A stretch of DNA of 63,997 nucleotides, the filler included, from Catajapyx aquilonaris (Eukaryota): assembly GCA_000934665.2 (NCBI GenBank). It is 4 parts of 4 records of this genome, joined end to end, with 100 filler letters (N's around TTAATTAATTAA, not from the genome) between each part and the next. Parts side by side here need not be neighbours in the genome. Positions count along the whole stretch, not along the records: positions 1 to 15,939 come from JYFJ02007338.1; positions 16,040 to 32,052 come from JYFJ02007339.1; 2 more parts are not named here. One strand, written 5' to 3'. The notes under the pieces are model-generated. The model was not told the origin of the DNA and did not search any database. It saw nothing but the letters and a program-made list of their open reading frames with translations. The translations under genes were made by a program, and so were the position numbers. Of the stretch, positions 10,821-21,200 are shown piece by piece (the stretch's first letter is position 1; every line of letters starts with the position of its first letter).

Positions 10821-12131
10821 TCAACATGAAATTGCCCGAATGCAACTCAAGTTGCTGTCCCTGTCCATATCTTCAGTCAACACTGGACCATAATGATCCT
10901 TCCTCTGCTTGTGTCTTTCCAAGTCACTTTTGTGATAGAACTTCATGCCACACTGACAATGGTATGGCTTGTAGCCGGTATGAATCTTCATGTGCAGAGT
11001 ATATCCAGACCTCAATCGAAATGTCCTCCCGCAGAGGTCGCACACATGAGGCCGCTCACCTGTATGGACTGACTGATGCCCCTTATAACCTCCCTTGCTC
11101 TTGAACGACTTGCCACATTCACACACGTAAGCCCTCACATCCGAGTGGCTCTTCTGATGGCTTCGCATATTACTAAGCTCTCTAAATGTTTTCCCACATT
11201 CTGCACACATGTATGGCTTCTCTCCAGTATGAGTCCGCATATGAATCGTAAACATGTCTTTGCGGTTAAATGTTCTTGAGCACAGGGTACATTCAAGAGG
11301 CTTGCGACGTTTCTTTGGTTTCCGTGGTGAAGTAGCATTATGAATTGTTTTATGTCTTGCGAGGGCACCACGATTCACGAATGTCCGTCCGCATTCGCAA
11401 GCGCATCTGCCTTTCTCTGCATTTCGACATGTGTGGTGATGCAACTCCAGTTCCTCCTCAAATGTCTTTTCGCATTTCCTGCACATAAATTCAACGTGAG
11501 TCTTTTGATGCTCCTGCAGTTCACCCTTGCTGTCGTGATGACCTGAGGAAACGTCACAAATGAAGGACTGGATCCTGGAACTCATGCGGCATGTAAGCTT
11601 CAACAGAGTCGATTTCTTGCTCTTCTTGTCAACAGAAAAACATATACTTTTACTTGCGTTGCTCCTAGGTACACTTGAACCTTCTTCATTGCTCACATCA
11701 CTCACGCTCACACACATCACATCACTGTTGGCATCCGGGAAATCTGCGCTGTCGCCATCCGTGAAATCTATGCTGTTGACAATGGATAGAATGCATTCAG
11801 TCACCGCGCCTAACTGGAACATAGCTGCCAACTCCCGCAGATTGTCAATAATTCCGCTATTTCCTACAACAACTCCAGTGTGAATGAACTTCATAAAGAC
11901 GTTCATAGTTTCGCAGTCAAAATCGGGCAACGTAATGGACGACATGTGGAACCGATCCTTTTCCAGAATTTTTTTCAGGAACTGGGAGCAACCACTGAGG
12001 ATAACACGATGCATCTTCACCACTCCGTCGCGGCAATGTATGGCAATGTTCTTGGAATTATCATCAGCAATGACTTCTTCAAGCATGGATTCCGCCCCGT
12101 AGTGTTTCAGAGGCACCATATGTCCAGCCAT
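10821..12131 (-). CDS. BTB/POZ + C2H2 zinc-finger protein, copy 1
   Basis: BTB motif (HRVILSGCSQFL...FMKFIHTG) and about 8 fingers with HTGEKPY linkers. Likely start is MAGHM at 12131, after a 5'UTR intron 12137-12227 (gtaagg...tttcag). Confidence 0.92.
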   Translation of the reverse strand: MAGHMVPLKHYGAESMLEEVIADDNSKNIAIHCRDGVVKMHRVILSGCSQFLKKILEKDRFHMSSITLPDFDCETMNVFMKFIHTGVVVGNSGIIDNLRELAAMFQLGAVTECILSIVNSIDFTDGDSADFPDANSDVMCVSVSDVSNEEGSSVPRSNASKSICFSVDKKSKKSTLLKLTCRMSSRIQSFICDVSSGHHDSKGELQEHQKTHVEFMCRKCEKTFEEELELHHHTCRNAEKGRCACECGRTFVNRGALARHKTIHNATSPRKPKKRRKPLECTLCSRTFNRKDMFTIHMRTHTGEKPYMCAECGKTFRELSNMRSHQKSHSDVRAYVCECGKSFKSKGGYKGHQSVHTGERPHVCDLCGRTFRLRSGYTLHMKIHTGYKPYHCQCGMKFYHKSDLERHKQRKDHYGPVLTEDMDRDSNLSCIRAISC

Positions 12132-13381
12132 GGTTGCTGAAAGTACAATGCAAACATTAGAAACTGCGCACTCCAGATAATAAGTGCGCACTGTACACTT
12201 GTATGTGTCATTTACAGTGATCCTTACCAAACAAACCATACGTTACGCCCTAATTTTCCACAAGTCCAGTTGATGTAACCCGGGATTGTGTCCTCGAGAC
12301 CACCTTTTTCTGCTGTGGGAGGTTCTAATTGTTCTGTTGCAGGCTCGTATTGTTGGGAAGAACAATCGGTGTTCCATTAATGTTCAACGAACAACTTTTT
12401 GGAACACACTGTACAAGACAAGTTGATGTTTCTCACGCTATGCGTCTCTAGTGGCGCTGGAATGAAAAAGAAATTAAAGAATAAGAATTAGCACACAAAT
12501 TAGCAGTTAAATAATTAGTTTAATTCTAATTAATAGGCGGTGTGATTAAAAAGGTGAGTTAGTAATGAAAAATATGGTCACGTGACCAAATTGGCGAATC
12601 CAAGATGGCCGCTCACTTATTTGCTAAAAAAAAAGTTTGTGCAATTTTTTTAAAGAGTAATTACTGATGTTAATTAGACTGTTAATTGCATGTTTATGTT
12701 TCAGGCTGATGCAGGTTGATTGCCTGACGAACTACTGTGCCTGCATCGCAAGAACGAACCGCTGTTTGCAAGTGGTGAAGCAGCCGATGTACCTCACACG
12801 TTTCAAGAGTAATGAAGATGATTGGATGTGAAGATAAATTTCATTTATTTCATCCCAGATGTGAAGATTAATTGCTTCATTACTGATGATGTGAAGGTTG
12901 TGTACAGAGTCTTGGTGTCGAAGCAGTTACCATGCCGTATTCATAGTTTGAAGCGTATGAGCGTAGCTTCATACGAGGTTGATGCATTTTTGAACACCCT
13001 GTACTGTTGTCATGTGCAAGGGATTGATCAAAATTGACACTGCGGCTCGCTTGTTTGTAATTTTGCAGAAAACAATGTTAGAGTACCTGAAATTAAATAA
13101 TACCTGTCGCCTGCGGTACAGGCGAGATGTATTCCAAATGTTACAGTTGAAATGTGTTGTTCATGACTATTGATGTGTGCCTTGTAGCCTGCAAGGTAAT
13201 TAAATCCATGCATAACAAGGGCACCAGTTCTCATTAAATATTTTCAGAATTTATTATTACTTAATATTGCCAATTATGACACGTTACAGACACACACATT
13301 AATTACCTCCTGTGTTCAATGACATACAGGATGTAACAATAGCAATATTGTTGGCACTCGGCAACATATTTTGTCTAAATA

Positions 13382-13599
13382 CCGTCAAACAGGGTGAGAA
13401 TGTGCCAGGTGGGGTGAGATTGTGCCAGCCAATTTTTTGGACAACAGTATGTACCCTACTCGTCATTGCCAACCATGACCATCCCTGAATGTAGTAAAAC
13501 GTACTTAGTTTACACCTGTTGCCAGTAGGGAGCACTCTTGTCCAAAAAGACGCTGGCACAATCTCACCCCACCTGGCACAATCTCACCCCGTTTGACGG
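13382..13599. mobile_element. Same MITE, in duplicate copy 2
   Basis: TA|ccgtcaaac...gtttgacgg|TA at the equivalent position. Confidence 0.8.
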
Positions 13600-13703
13600 T
13601 ACTACTCCAGTCGGCAATCTCCAACAGCTGGCTACGACTCCAGGAAAACACCAGGAAAATCACCAAAGAAAACGAACTCAACATGACATTGCCCAAATGC
13701 AAC

Positions 13704-15062
13704 TCAAGTTGCTGTTACTACGCTGTCCATATCTTCAGTCAACACTGGACCATAATGATCCTTCCTCTGCTTGTGTCTTTCCAAGTCACTTTTGTGATAG
13801 AACTTCATGCCACACTGACAATGGTATGGCTTGTAGCCCGTATGAATCCTCATGTGCAGAGCATATCCGGACCTCATTCGAAATGTCTTCCCGCAGACGT
13901 CGCACACATGAGGACGCTCACCCGTATGGACAAACTGATGCTCCTTATAACTTTCCTTCCTCTTGAACGCCTTGCCACATTCACACACGTAAGACCTCAC
14001 ATCCGAGTGGCTCCTCTGATGGCATCGCATATTACCAAGCTCGATAAATGTTTTCCCACATTCTGGACACATGTATGGCTTCTCTCCGGTATGAGTCCGC
14101 ATATGAACCTTCAGTGTGTCTTTGCGGTTAAATGTTCTTGAGCACAGGGTACATTCAATAGGCTTGTGTTTCTTCGGTTTCTGCGGCGAAGTAGCATTAT
14201 GAATTCTTTTATGACTTGCGAGCGCACCAAAATTCCCGAATGTCTGTCCGCATTCGCATTCGCATTTGCCTTTCTCTGCATTTCGACATATGTGGCGATG
14301 CAACTCCAGTTCCTCCTCAAATGTCTTTTCGCATTTCCTGCACGTAAATTCAGCGTGAGTCTTGAGATGCTCCTGCAGTTCACCCTTGCTGTCGTAATGA
14401 CCTGAGCAAACATCACAAATGAAGACCCTTTTCCGGAACCTGGTACTCATGCGGCATGTACGCTTCAACGGACCTTCGCTAGAGGAAGCTGTCGATTTCT
14501 TGCTCTTCTTGTCACCAGAAAAACATACACTTTTACTTGCGTTGCGCCTAGGTACACTTGGACCTTCTTCATTGCTCACGTCACTGTTGGCATCTGGGTA
14601 ATCATCATTGTTGGCATCTGGGAAATCATCACTGTTGGCATCTGGGAAATCATCATTGTTGGAATCCGGGAAATCTACCCTGTCGACATCCACGAAATCT
14701 ACGCTGTTGACACTGGATGGAATGCATTCAGTCACCGCGCCTAACTGGAACACAGCTGCCAACTCCCGCAGATTGTCGATAATTCCGCTAATTCCTACAA
14801 CAACTCCAGTGTGAATGAACTTCATAAAGACGTTCATAGTTTCGCAGTCAAAATCGGGCAGCGTAATGGACGACATGTGGAACCGATCCTTTTCCAGAAT
14901 TTTTCTCAGGAACTGGGAGCAACCACCGAGCATAACGCGATGCATCTTCACCACTCCGTCGCGGCAATGTATCGCAATGTTCTTGGAATTATCATCAGCG
15001 ATGACTTCCTCAAGCATGGATTCCCCGCCGTAGTGTTTCAGAGGCACCATATGTCCAGCCAT
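13704..15062 (-). CDS. BTB/POZ + C2H2 zinc-finger protein, copy 2
   Basis: Paralog of copy 1. Start at 15062 after a 5'UTR intron 15068-15158. Carries an expanded 7-aa DFPDANx repeat. Confidence 0.92.
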   Translation of the reverse strand: MAGHMVPLKHYGGESMLEEVIADDNSKNIAIHCRDGVVKMHRVMLGGCSQFLRKILEKDRFHMSSITLPDFDCETMNVFMKFIHTGVVVGISGIIDNLRELAAVFQLGAVTECIPSSVNSVDFVDVDRVDFPDSNNDDFPDANSDDFPDANNDDYPDANSDVSNEEGPSVPRRNASKSVCFSGDKKSKKSTASSSEGPLKRTCRMSTRFRKRVFICDVCSGHYDSKGELQEHLKTHAEFTCRKCEKTFEEELELHRHICRNAEKGKCECECGQTFGNFGALASHKRIHNATSPQKPKKHKPIECTLCSRTFNRKDTLKVHMRTHTGEKPYMCPECGKTFIELGNMRCHQRSHSDVRSYVCECGKAFKRKESYKEHQFVHTGERPHVCDVCGKTFRMRSGYALHMRIHTGYKPYHCQCGMKFYHKSDLERHKQRKDHYGPVLTEDMDSVVTAT

Positions 15063-15601
15063 GGTTGCTGCAAATACAATGCAAACATTAGAAATTGCGT
15101 ACTCCAGATAATAAGTGCGCACTGTACACTTGTAGGTCTCATTTACAGTGATCCTTACCAAACAAACCACACGTTACTCTCTAATTTTCCACCAGTCCAG
15201 TTGATGTAACCCGTGATTGTGTCCGTGAGACCACCTTTTTCTGCTGTCGGAGGTTCTAATTGTTCTGTTGCAAGCTGAATTCGATTCAATTGAAGTTCAA
15301 CGAGTTCAATGAATAATTTTTGGAACACACTGACGACACTGTAGAAGTCAGTTGATGTTTCTAACGCTATGCGTCTAGTGGCGCTAGTGCACGCCCCCTT
15401 TCGCCATCTGTTGACAGAAAATGGAACTTCCAAACGGCATATTCGGACACGGCCAGGGAAACCGTTGCTTGCTATTCGGACTGAACCAACATGGCCGCCG
15501 AATGAGATACCTTCTTCTTCTTCTTCTCATCCTCTTCTTCTGGTTAGGGTGGCTCTGATCCTACCCTTTTGGATCTGCAACTAGGGTACGAGGAACAGGC
15601 C

Positions 15602-15939
15602 ATGTCCACTCAGGAGGAAGAGGACCCAACCTCCACCCTGCACAAGTGTCGTTGCTGCCTCCAGACATTCCCGACACACCTGGAGCTTCTGGTCCACAGC
15701 TTCATCCACAGCAGATGGGACAAGGTCAGGATAAGAGAGGAGGGTGAGCCAGATGAAGAAGAAGAAGAAGGTCTGGACGGTGGAGGACTGAAGATGGACA
15801 TCAAAGTTGAGGTTGGCATGGTTGTTCGACGGGGTGAGATAGGGGGACATTCCCGTGGACACTCTTCTAATCATTCGAATTGTTCTTCAGGAGGAAGGCC
15901 CAGCTTTGAGCCCAGCTCCGTGGCCATCCCACGTCAGAG
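15602..15939 (+). CDS. 5' part of a C2H2 zinc-finger protein, truncated by the spacer
   Basis: MSTQEEED...HKCRCCLQTFPTHLELLVHSFIH, an acidic tract and an IKVE motif. Head-to-head with BTB-ZF copy 2. Confidence 0.6.
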
Positions 15940-16039
15940 NNNNNNNNNNNNNNNNNNNNNNNNNNNNNNNNNNNNNNNNNNNNTTAATTAATTAANNNNN
16001 NNNNNNNNNNNNNNNNNNNNNNNNNNNNNNNNNNNNNNN
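15940..16039. other. Artificial contig spacer
   Basis: 44 N + TTAATTAATTAA (stop in six frames) + 44 N. Confidence 0.97.
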
Positions 16040-17784
16040 ATCAGAAGTGTCCAAAGGACAAGTGTACCGAGTTTCATACTTTTGTCACAAAATGCAAAGT
16101 TTGGGTCAAATTTGTCCCTTAGCACCTGGACTATAAGGATATGTGAAATTTCGGGCAAATATTATTTTGTTGATTGGAATTTTCAGCCAAAAATATTGCA
16201 ATGTTGTAGTTAATAATATTCTGAGGGGTTAATTTGTTAAAATACTAAATGTGGGAAACCTTCAAAGAAACGACAATTCCGACTATTTTAGCATGGGTTA
16301 AAATTCAAGCCTAGCTTCAAAAAAACAAAACCAAAACCAAAAGACAGCAGAAATGGCAATTTCGCCAATATTTTTTGTCAATGGCATTGTGGTCAATTGA
16401 ATTTTTGAGTGTCACGTGCGGTCGGCATGTTTAAATTACAGGCTTTTCCTTTAATATTTAATTTCCTTCCGACACATCCATTATTTTAATTAACTCGGGG
16501 GGAAGTCACGTACCGCCATATATATACACAGAGAGAAAAAAAGGGGGGCGAACATGATGAGAAACACATTTCGCCTCCTTAACTGCCCCGCATTCTAGTC
16601 GTCTTTGATGGTAATTAGAAGGAATAATTGAGGAACAATAGGCGTTCTTTATCCTCCCTCCAATAATGTGGAACAGGCGGGAACATTTGAAATGAAATAA
16701 TGGCGTAATTATAGAGTACGCTGAAGTCTGGTTGGGCCTTACAATTTTCCAACCCCCTTCACCATTTTGCCCCCCCCCCCCTCCCCCTCCTGACGCATCT
16801 CTCTAATATCACACGGTGAAGAGGTTGAAACGCTCTCGCCAGAGGCGCGCACAAGAAAAGGAGAGAGAGAGAAAGCTCTAAGATGTGCAGAAAATCGATG
16901 CTTTTGCACACTACAAAGCCAGTAATTTGCGTGGTAAGGACTGTGTCAAGGTTGAGGTGCAACTTGCTTGCATTCTACATTCCACACACTACCCTCCAAA
17001 ATTTTTGCGAGAATGCTGAGAAAAAAACATTACAAATTTGCGAAAAATATTAATGCGACAACAGACAAATTTCTTCCCAGAAGAACATTGAAAATATTTA
17101 GCAAAAATTAATTAAGGGGAATTCGACATAGAAGCCACAATTGTGCAAAGAGGGAAAACCAAAATATTGCAAAAAAAAATCAATGGGGAGAATTCAACAC
17201 ATTGCATCAGCCCAAAGATTATGCGAGAGAGCATTAAAAATATTTAGAAAAAAGTTAATTAGGTAGAATTCGACACACTAGTCACATAATGTGCAAATAG
17301 AGCAAAATTTTGCAAATAATAATTGGGGAGTAATCGGCACATTCATTCCATTGCATTGACCCAAAAATTTTGCGAGAGAGCATTGAACATTTTTAGCACA
17401 AAAAATGAAATTAAAATTAGAAAATGATTTAATCGCAGCCAATTTCGTTCCCGGGGTTAATGCGCGCAATCGTCTCCGGCATGAACTTGTACCAAGCGAA
17501 TGACGAATGATTCGCAGCGAAATATTAATAAGTTTCTTCTCTCNCCCCCCCCCTGGAGGAAGATTAGGGAAAACTCTTGTCGTCCCCTCTCTACCCTCCC
17601 TTTTTCGTCCGATTTGACATCGCACAAAAAAAAACTAGAGGAAATATTCAAACTAATTAAGTAACTTTCACTTCTCCAAGGAAGATCTCATTAATATTTG
17701 TCGAAGAAACGAAGGCCCGGAACTTAATTACTAATCTTCTCCGGTAAACAAAAATTTTCCGCGCCGGGACATCAAAATGGCGCC

Positions 17785-17855
<71 letters not shown>

Positions 17856-17880
17856 TGATGATGATGATGATGATGATGAT
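17785..17880. repeat. Compound microsatellite (AAT)n(GAT)n
   Basis: Directly visible. Confidence 0.95.
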
Positions 17881-17979
17881 AGCTAGCTAGCGGTAGAGCC
17901 CGTTCTTAGCATGGCCTGTTTCCTTGGTAATGTAATCAGCAACAATTAATTTTTTGATGCCATGGCAACCTGCTGCCAT

Positions 17980-18200
17980 GGACAAACAAACAGACAAACT
18001 TTCTCTTATTCGTATGTAAGACTAGATCAAATCCTATTTTGGTTATTAGGACTCGAAAACGTTTGGTTTTGGAACTTTTCCCTCAATCAGCTGCACATAG
18101 ACCATCGGTGTGGCAAGTTTCAGGACTCTCAGTAGTCCGAAAGTGGGTCAGGTAGCCTGGACATGCAGAAAAACATTATGCTATATTATATAAGAAGATA
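17980..18200 (-). mobile_element. Possible Helitron-like 5' end fragments
   Basis: The minus strand reads aTCtagtcttacatacgaataagagaaagtttgtctgtttgtttgtc and aTCttcttatataatatag, resembling insect Helitron 5' ends with a TTTG microsatellite. No 3' hairpin was identified. Confidence 0.3.
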
Positions 18201-21200
18201 ATACGAATTTTTTAGCTGACTTTAGACAGGTTTGCCCCCCTGAAAATCACGACATTGTTACACCACAAGTGGCGGCCAGTTTAATGAAACTTTGAAAACA
18301 TAGGTGGAAACTAAATGGTCCAGATGGTTTGAGAGCGAGGCTTTATCCCTGGGAGGCAAATGCAGTATCAATGAAGACGTGCTATAGCTGGGTTTGGGGG
18401 CTTGGCGTCACACGCTCAAATTGGAACCGGTTGAAACGCATTAGTGACCATTAGCACTTCCCGGAATCGAAATGATCTGTTGGAGAGGCTGCCTGCTGGA
18501 CCCCCAAAAAGTGGGCACGATTCAAACTGAGCGTCTCAAATGTTCTGGATGCGAATTTTCGGGGGGGCCAAATGCTAAGTATTTTTTTTAAAGGATAAAA
18601 GCTGGCTGCAGCAACAGAGTAAACCAGAGAACAATGTTACTATAGAGGGGACAAAAGTGTGTGGTGGTGAAGAGGAAGCCACATCATTGTGCGGAGGAAT
18701 TAAAAGGTTTTTGTTGTGGACAAAAGGCATGCTTGGACAGATATCGGGACAAACCCCCGACCCATTTTGCTTGCCGTTACACTTGATTGGATTCTACACC
18801 GAGGTATTTTTTTGTGTAATTTTTTGGGGAGGGGAAGCGCGAGACTATTTTCCATTTTTATAATTCTTATATTTGGAAGCGGTGCGTAATTTCGTTTCCA
18901 ACTGGCGGACGCCTAAGGTCCGCGAAAATTGATTTCGCGCCTTGTATGCAGATTTGTTCAGGCTCTCAGAGACGCCACCCTGGAGGGCAAGGTGGCGGAA
19001 CCGAATGCTTTCAAAATTTAATCCCGGCCTTTAAAATTGCACAAAACTGATAACGTGTAAAGAGGAACCGAAACTTCCTCTCGACGCGTGTTGCCATATA
19101 ATCATGGCAAGTTTTGGGGGCAACGGTTTAGCAAAAAGCACACAAAAAAATCGTAAGAAGCAAATTCTAACTTAGATTATATTTAATTAGATTATATTAA
19201 AAATGTGGCGTATTGTTTACCAGACAATAAATACTAGAAATCAGTGTTTTGTAGAAGTTTTAAGTAAGTAAAGTAATTATTACATCTATACACAATTAAA
19301 TTCGTTTTTTAATGAATATTCAGTCATGCTTTTCAGATCAAGTGAAAATGTTCTTGACATGTGCGGTAATTGGGTGCTGTCGAATCTACTTTCGCATGAG
19401 AAACCTACTTAGATGTACTCGTTACGTACAAATTGGCGCTTGCGTTAGAATTCCTTCCGAAGTATATCGCTATTTCATGTTTGCTACGGGAAGTTGGTAA
19501 CAAGTCAAAAAAACATGTTTGTCCACTTACGAAGGCTCCAAGATCGATGCTTCTTCGAGTCACAATTTTGCAATATTTGCAATAATTTCTGCATCATTGC
19601 ATAACTCTAGGTGCATGAAACTTCTGATATAGGAAAATACAGCTCAGCGTGAATGAAATCCCCATATAGTAAATACAGCATGTAAAATTATGTCCTATTC
19701 TATTGCAAATGCGAACAACTTCATAATTATGTATTTTAATTTTAGTTATTTATTTCAGGTAACGTTAGTAAGTTATTGATTTAGTTATTTTTAGTTATGT
19801 TATTAATATATTTTATCGAAATTTTCATGCACGTCAGCTTTCAGTGCATTATGCACTTTTTTCGACATTTTTTCTTGTAATTAACATAATCATTTAGAAA
19901 GCACTAACTTGTTAATAATGGCTACTCCATTACGCCATTGACAGAATTGTGATAGTCCTGTAAAGTCATCAGGATAACGAAAGCGACTAAAGCGGGGGTC
20001 CATTTTTTGGGAGCTCTTCAACCTTTCCCTCTGAGCTCGAAAAGTCTCTTGTTTCCAAATCACGCAGCCGGCAGCGAAACATGAATTATTTTCTGGAGAA
20101 TGGAATCGCGCCCTATCAATTGCACTGGAACCAGCCTGTGCGTGAGGACACTTCCAAATAAGCCTCCTTTTTTTCGAGGGAAGAAGGAAGCAACGTCGTC
20201 GTCACAAACCTGGCAAAAATATGCCTGCGTCTGCTTTAAAAAAAAGAGAGAGAAGAGAAGAGGGTTAGCCGCTAGCCATGAAAACTGGTCGTAAGAAGCC
20301 AAAAGGCCTGTAATGAATATATGGAGTGACCCCTTCGGTTGGAGGAACTTAATTTGGCCGGTACTTGGCCTCGTGCCAGTGAAGGGAGGAGGAGGAGGAG
20401 GGGAAAAGGAGGGGGTGGAGAAGGGGGGAAGGGGAGGGAAGCTCCTCTCTTTAGCCATTAGCCATAATGCAGAGTACGTGTAACACTTATCAAAGTGCAC
20501 ATTGCCCGGTCTACTTCCGCCGACAATGATTTCGCACAGCCCAGGGTTAATAGTGTATCTGGAGGGAAATCGGGAAGGGAGGGAAAAGTTCTTGCAAAAT
20601 TCACAGAGAGAAGTTGTCTAACTTACACGCGTCTCGTTTAAACACGGCTGATTAACGTCACCGGATTTAAACGGAGCGTACCAGGTTAGACAACAGTGTT
20701 AACCATTGGAATCTAGCGCCCATTCGCTCCCTATACAAGTTCATCAACACCAGTGTTATAGAAAACAGCAGCTCATACCGTGCACTTAAATCACTGTTAT
20801 CAACAACGGTTATTGAAAACCAACTGATTCTTTATAATTAAGTCAACAACAGTTATTGAAAGCTAACTGCTACTTTCAAATGAATGGTTTTTAACAACAG
20901 CTATTTGAAAACACAGTAGCCACTGCGCTTTAATTCGCGGCTATCACAGCAGTTATTGAAAACTAACTGCTAAGATTTAATTCAGTGATTGCAATGTTGC
21001 CATGTGTGGCTGGTGGAGTGAGGTAAATGCCTTTTCGCTGGTTTGTGAGTGTCTGACTGGGCTGGTTCTAATAGGGCACGNGGGGGCTTCCTCTTCGATT
21101 CTGGCCCCTGGAGAGGAGAGCGTCGCAAGGGACCGACCTCGACTGAACTGTTTCCTCGGCAGTAGCTGGGCGACCCATCGCTTGGGACCTACTGTGCCCT

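Larger units (their letters stand above)
10110..15390. repeat. Tandem segmental duplication (about 10110-12460 and 12490-15390)
   Basis: Colinear high identity across the flank, the 3'UTR MITE, the BTB-ZF CDS and the 5'UTR intron. Copy 2 has roughly 0.45 kb extra at about 12710-13170. Confidence 0.95.

Noticed and set aside
10648..15209. Many duplicated short ORFs overlapping the BTB-ZF genes
   Set aside because: Shadow or antisense frames, repeated only because of the tandem duplication.
15940..16039. TTAATTAATTAA within N runs as a biological motif
   Set aside because: Identical synthetic spacer occurring three times.
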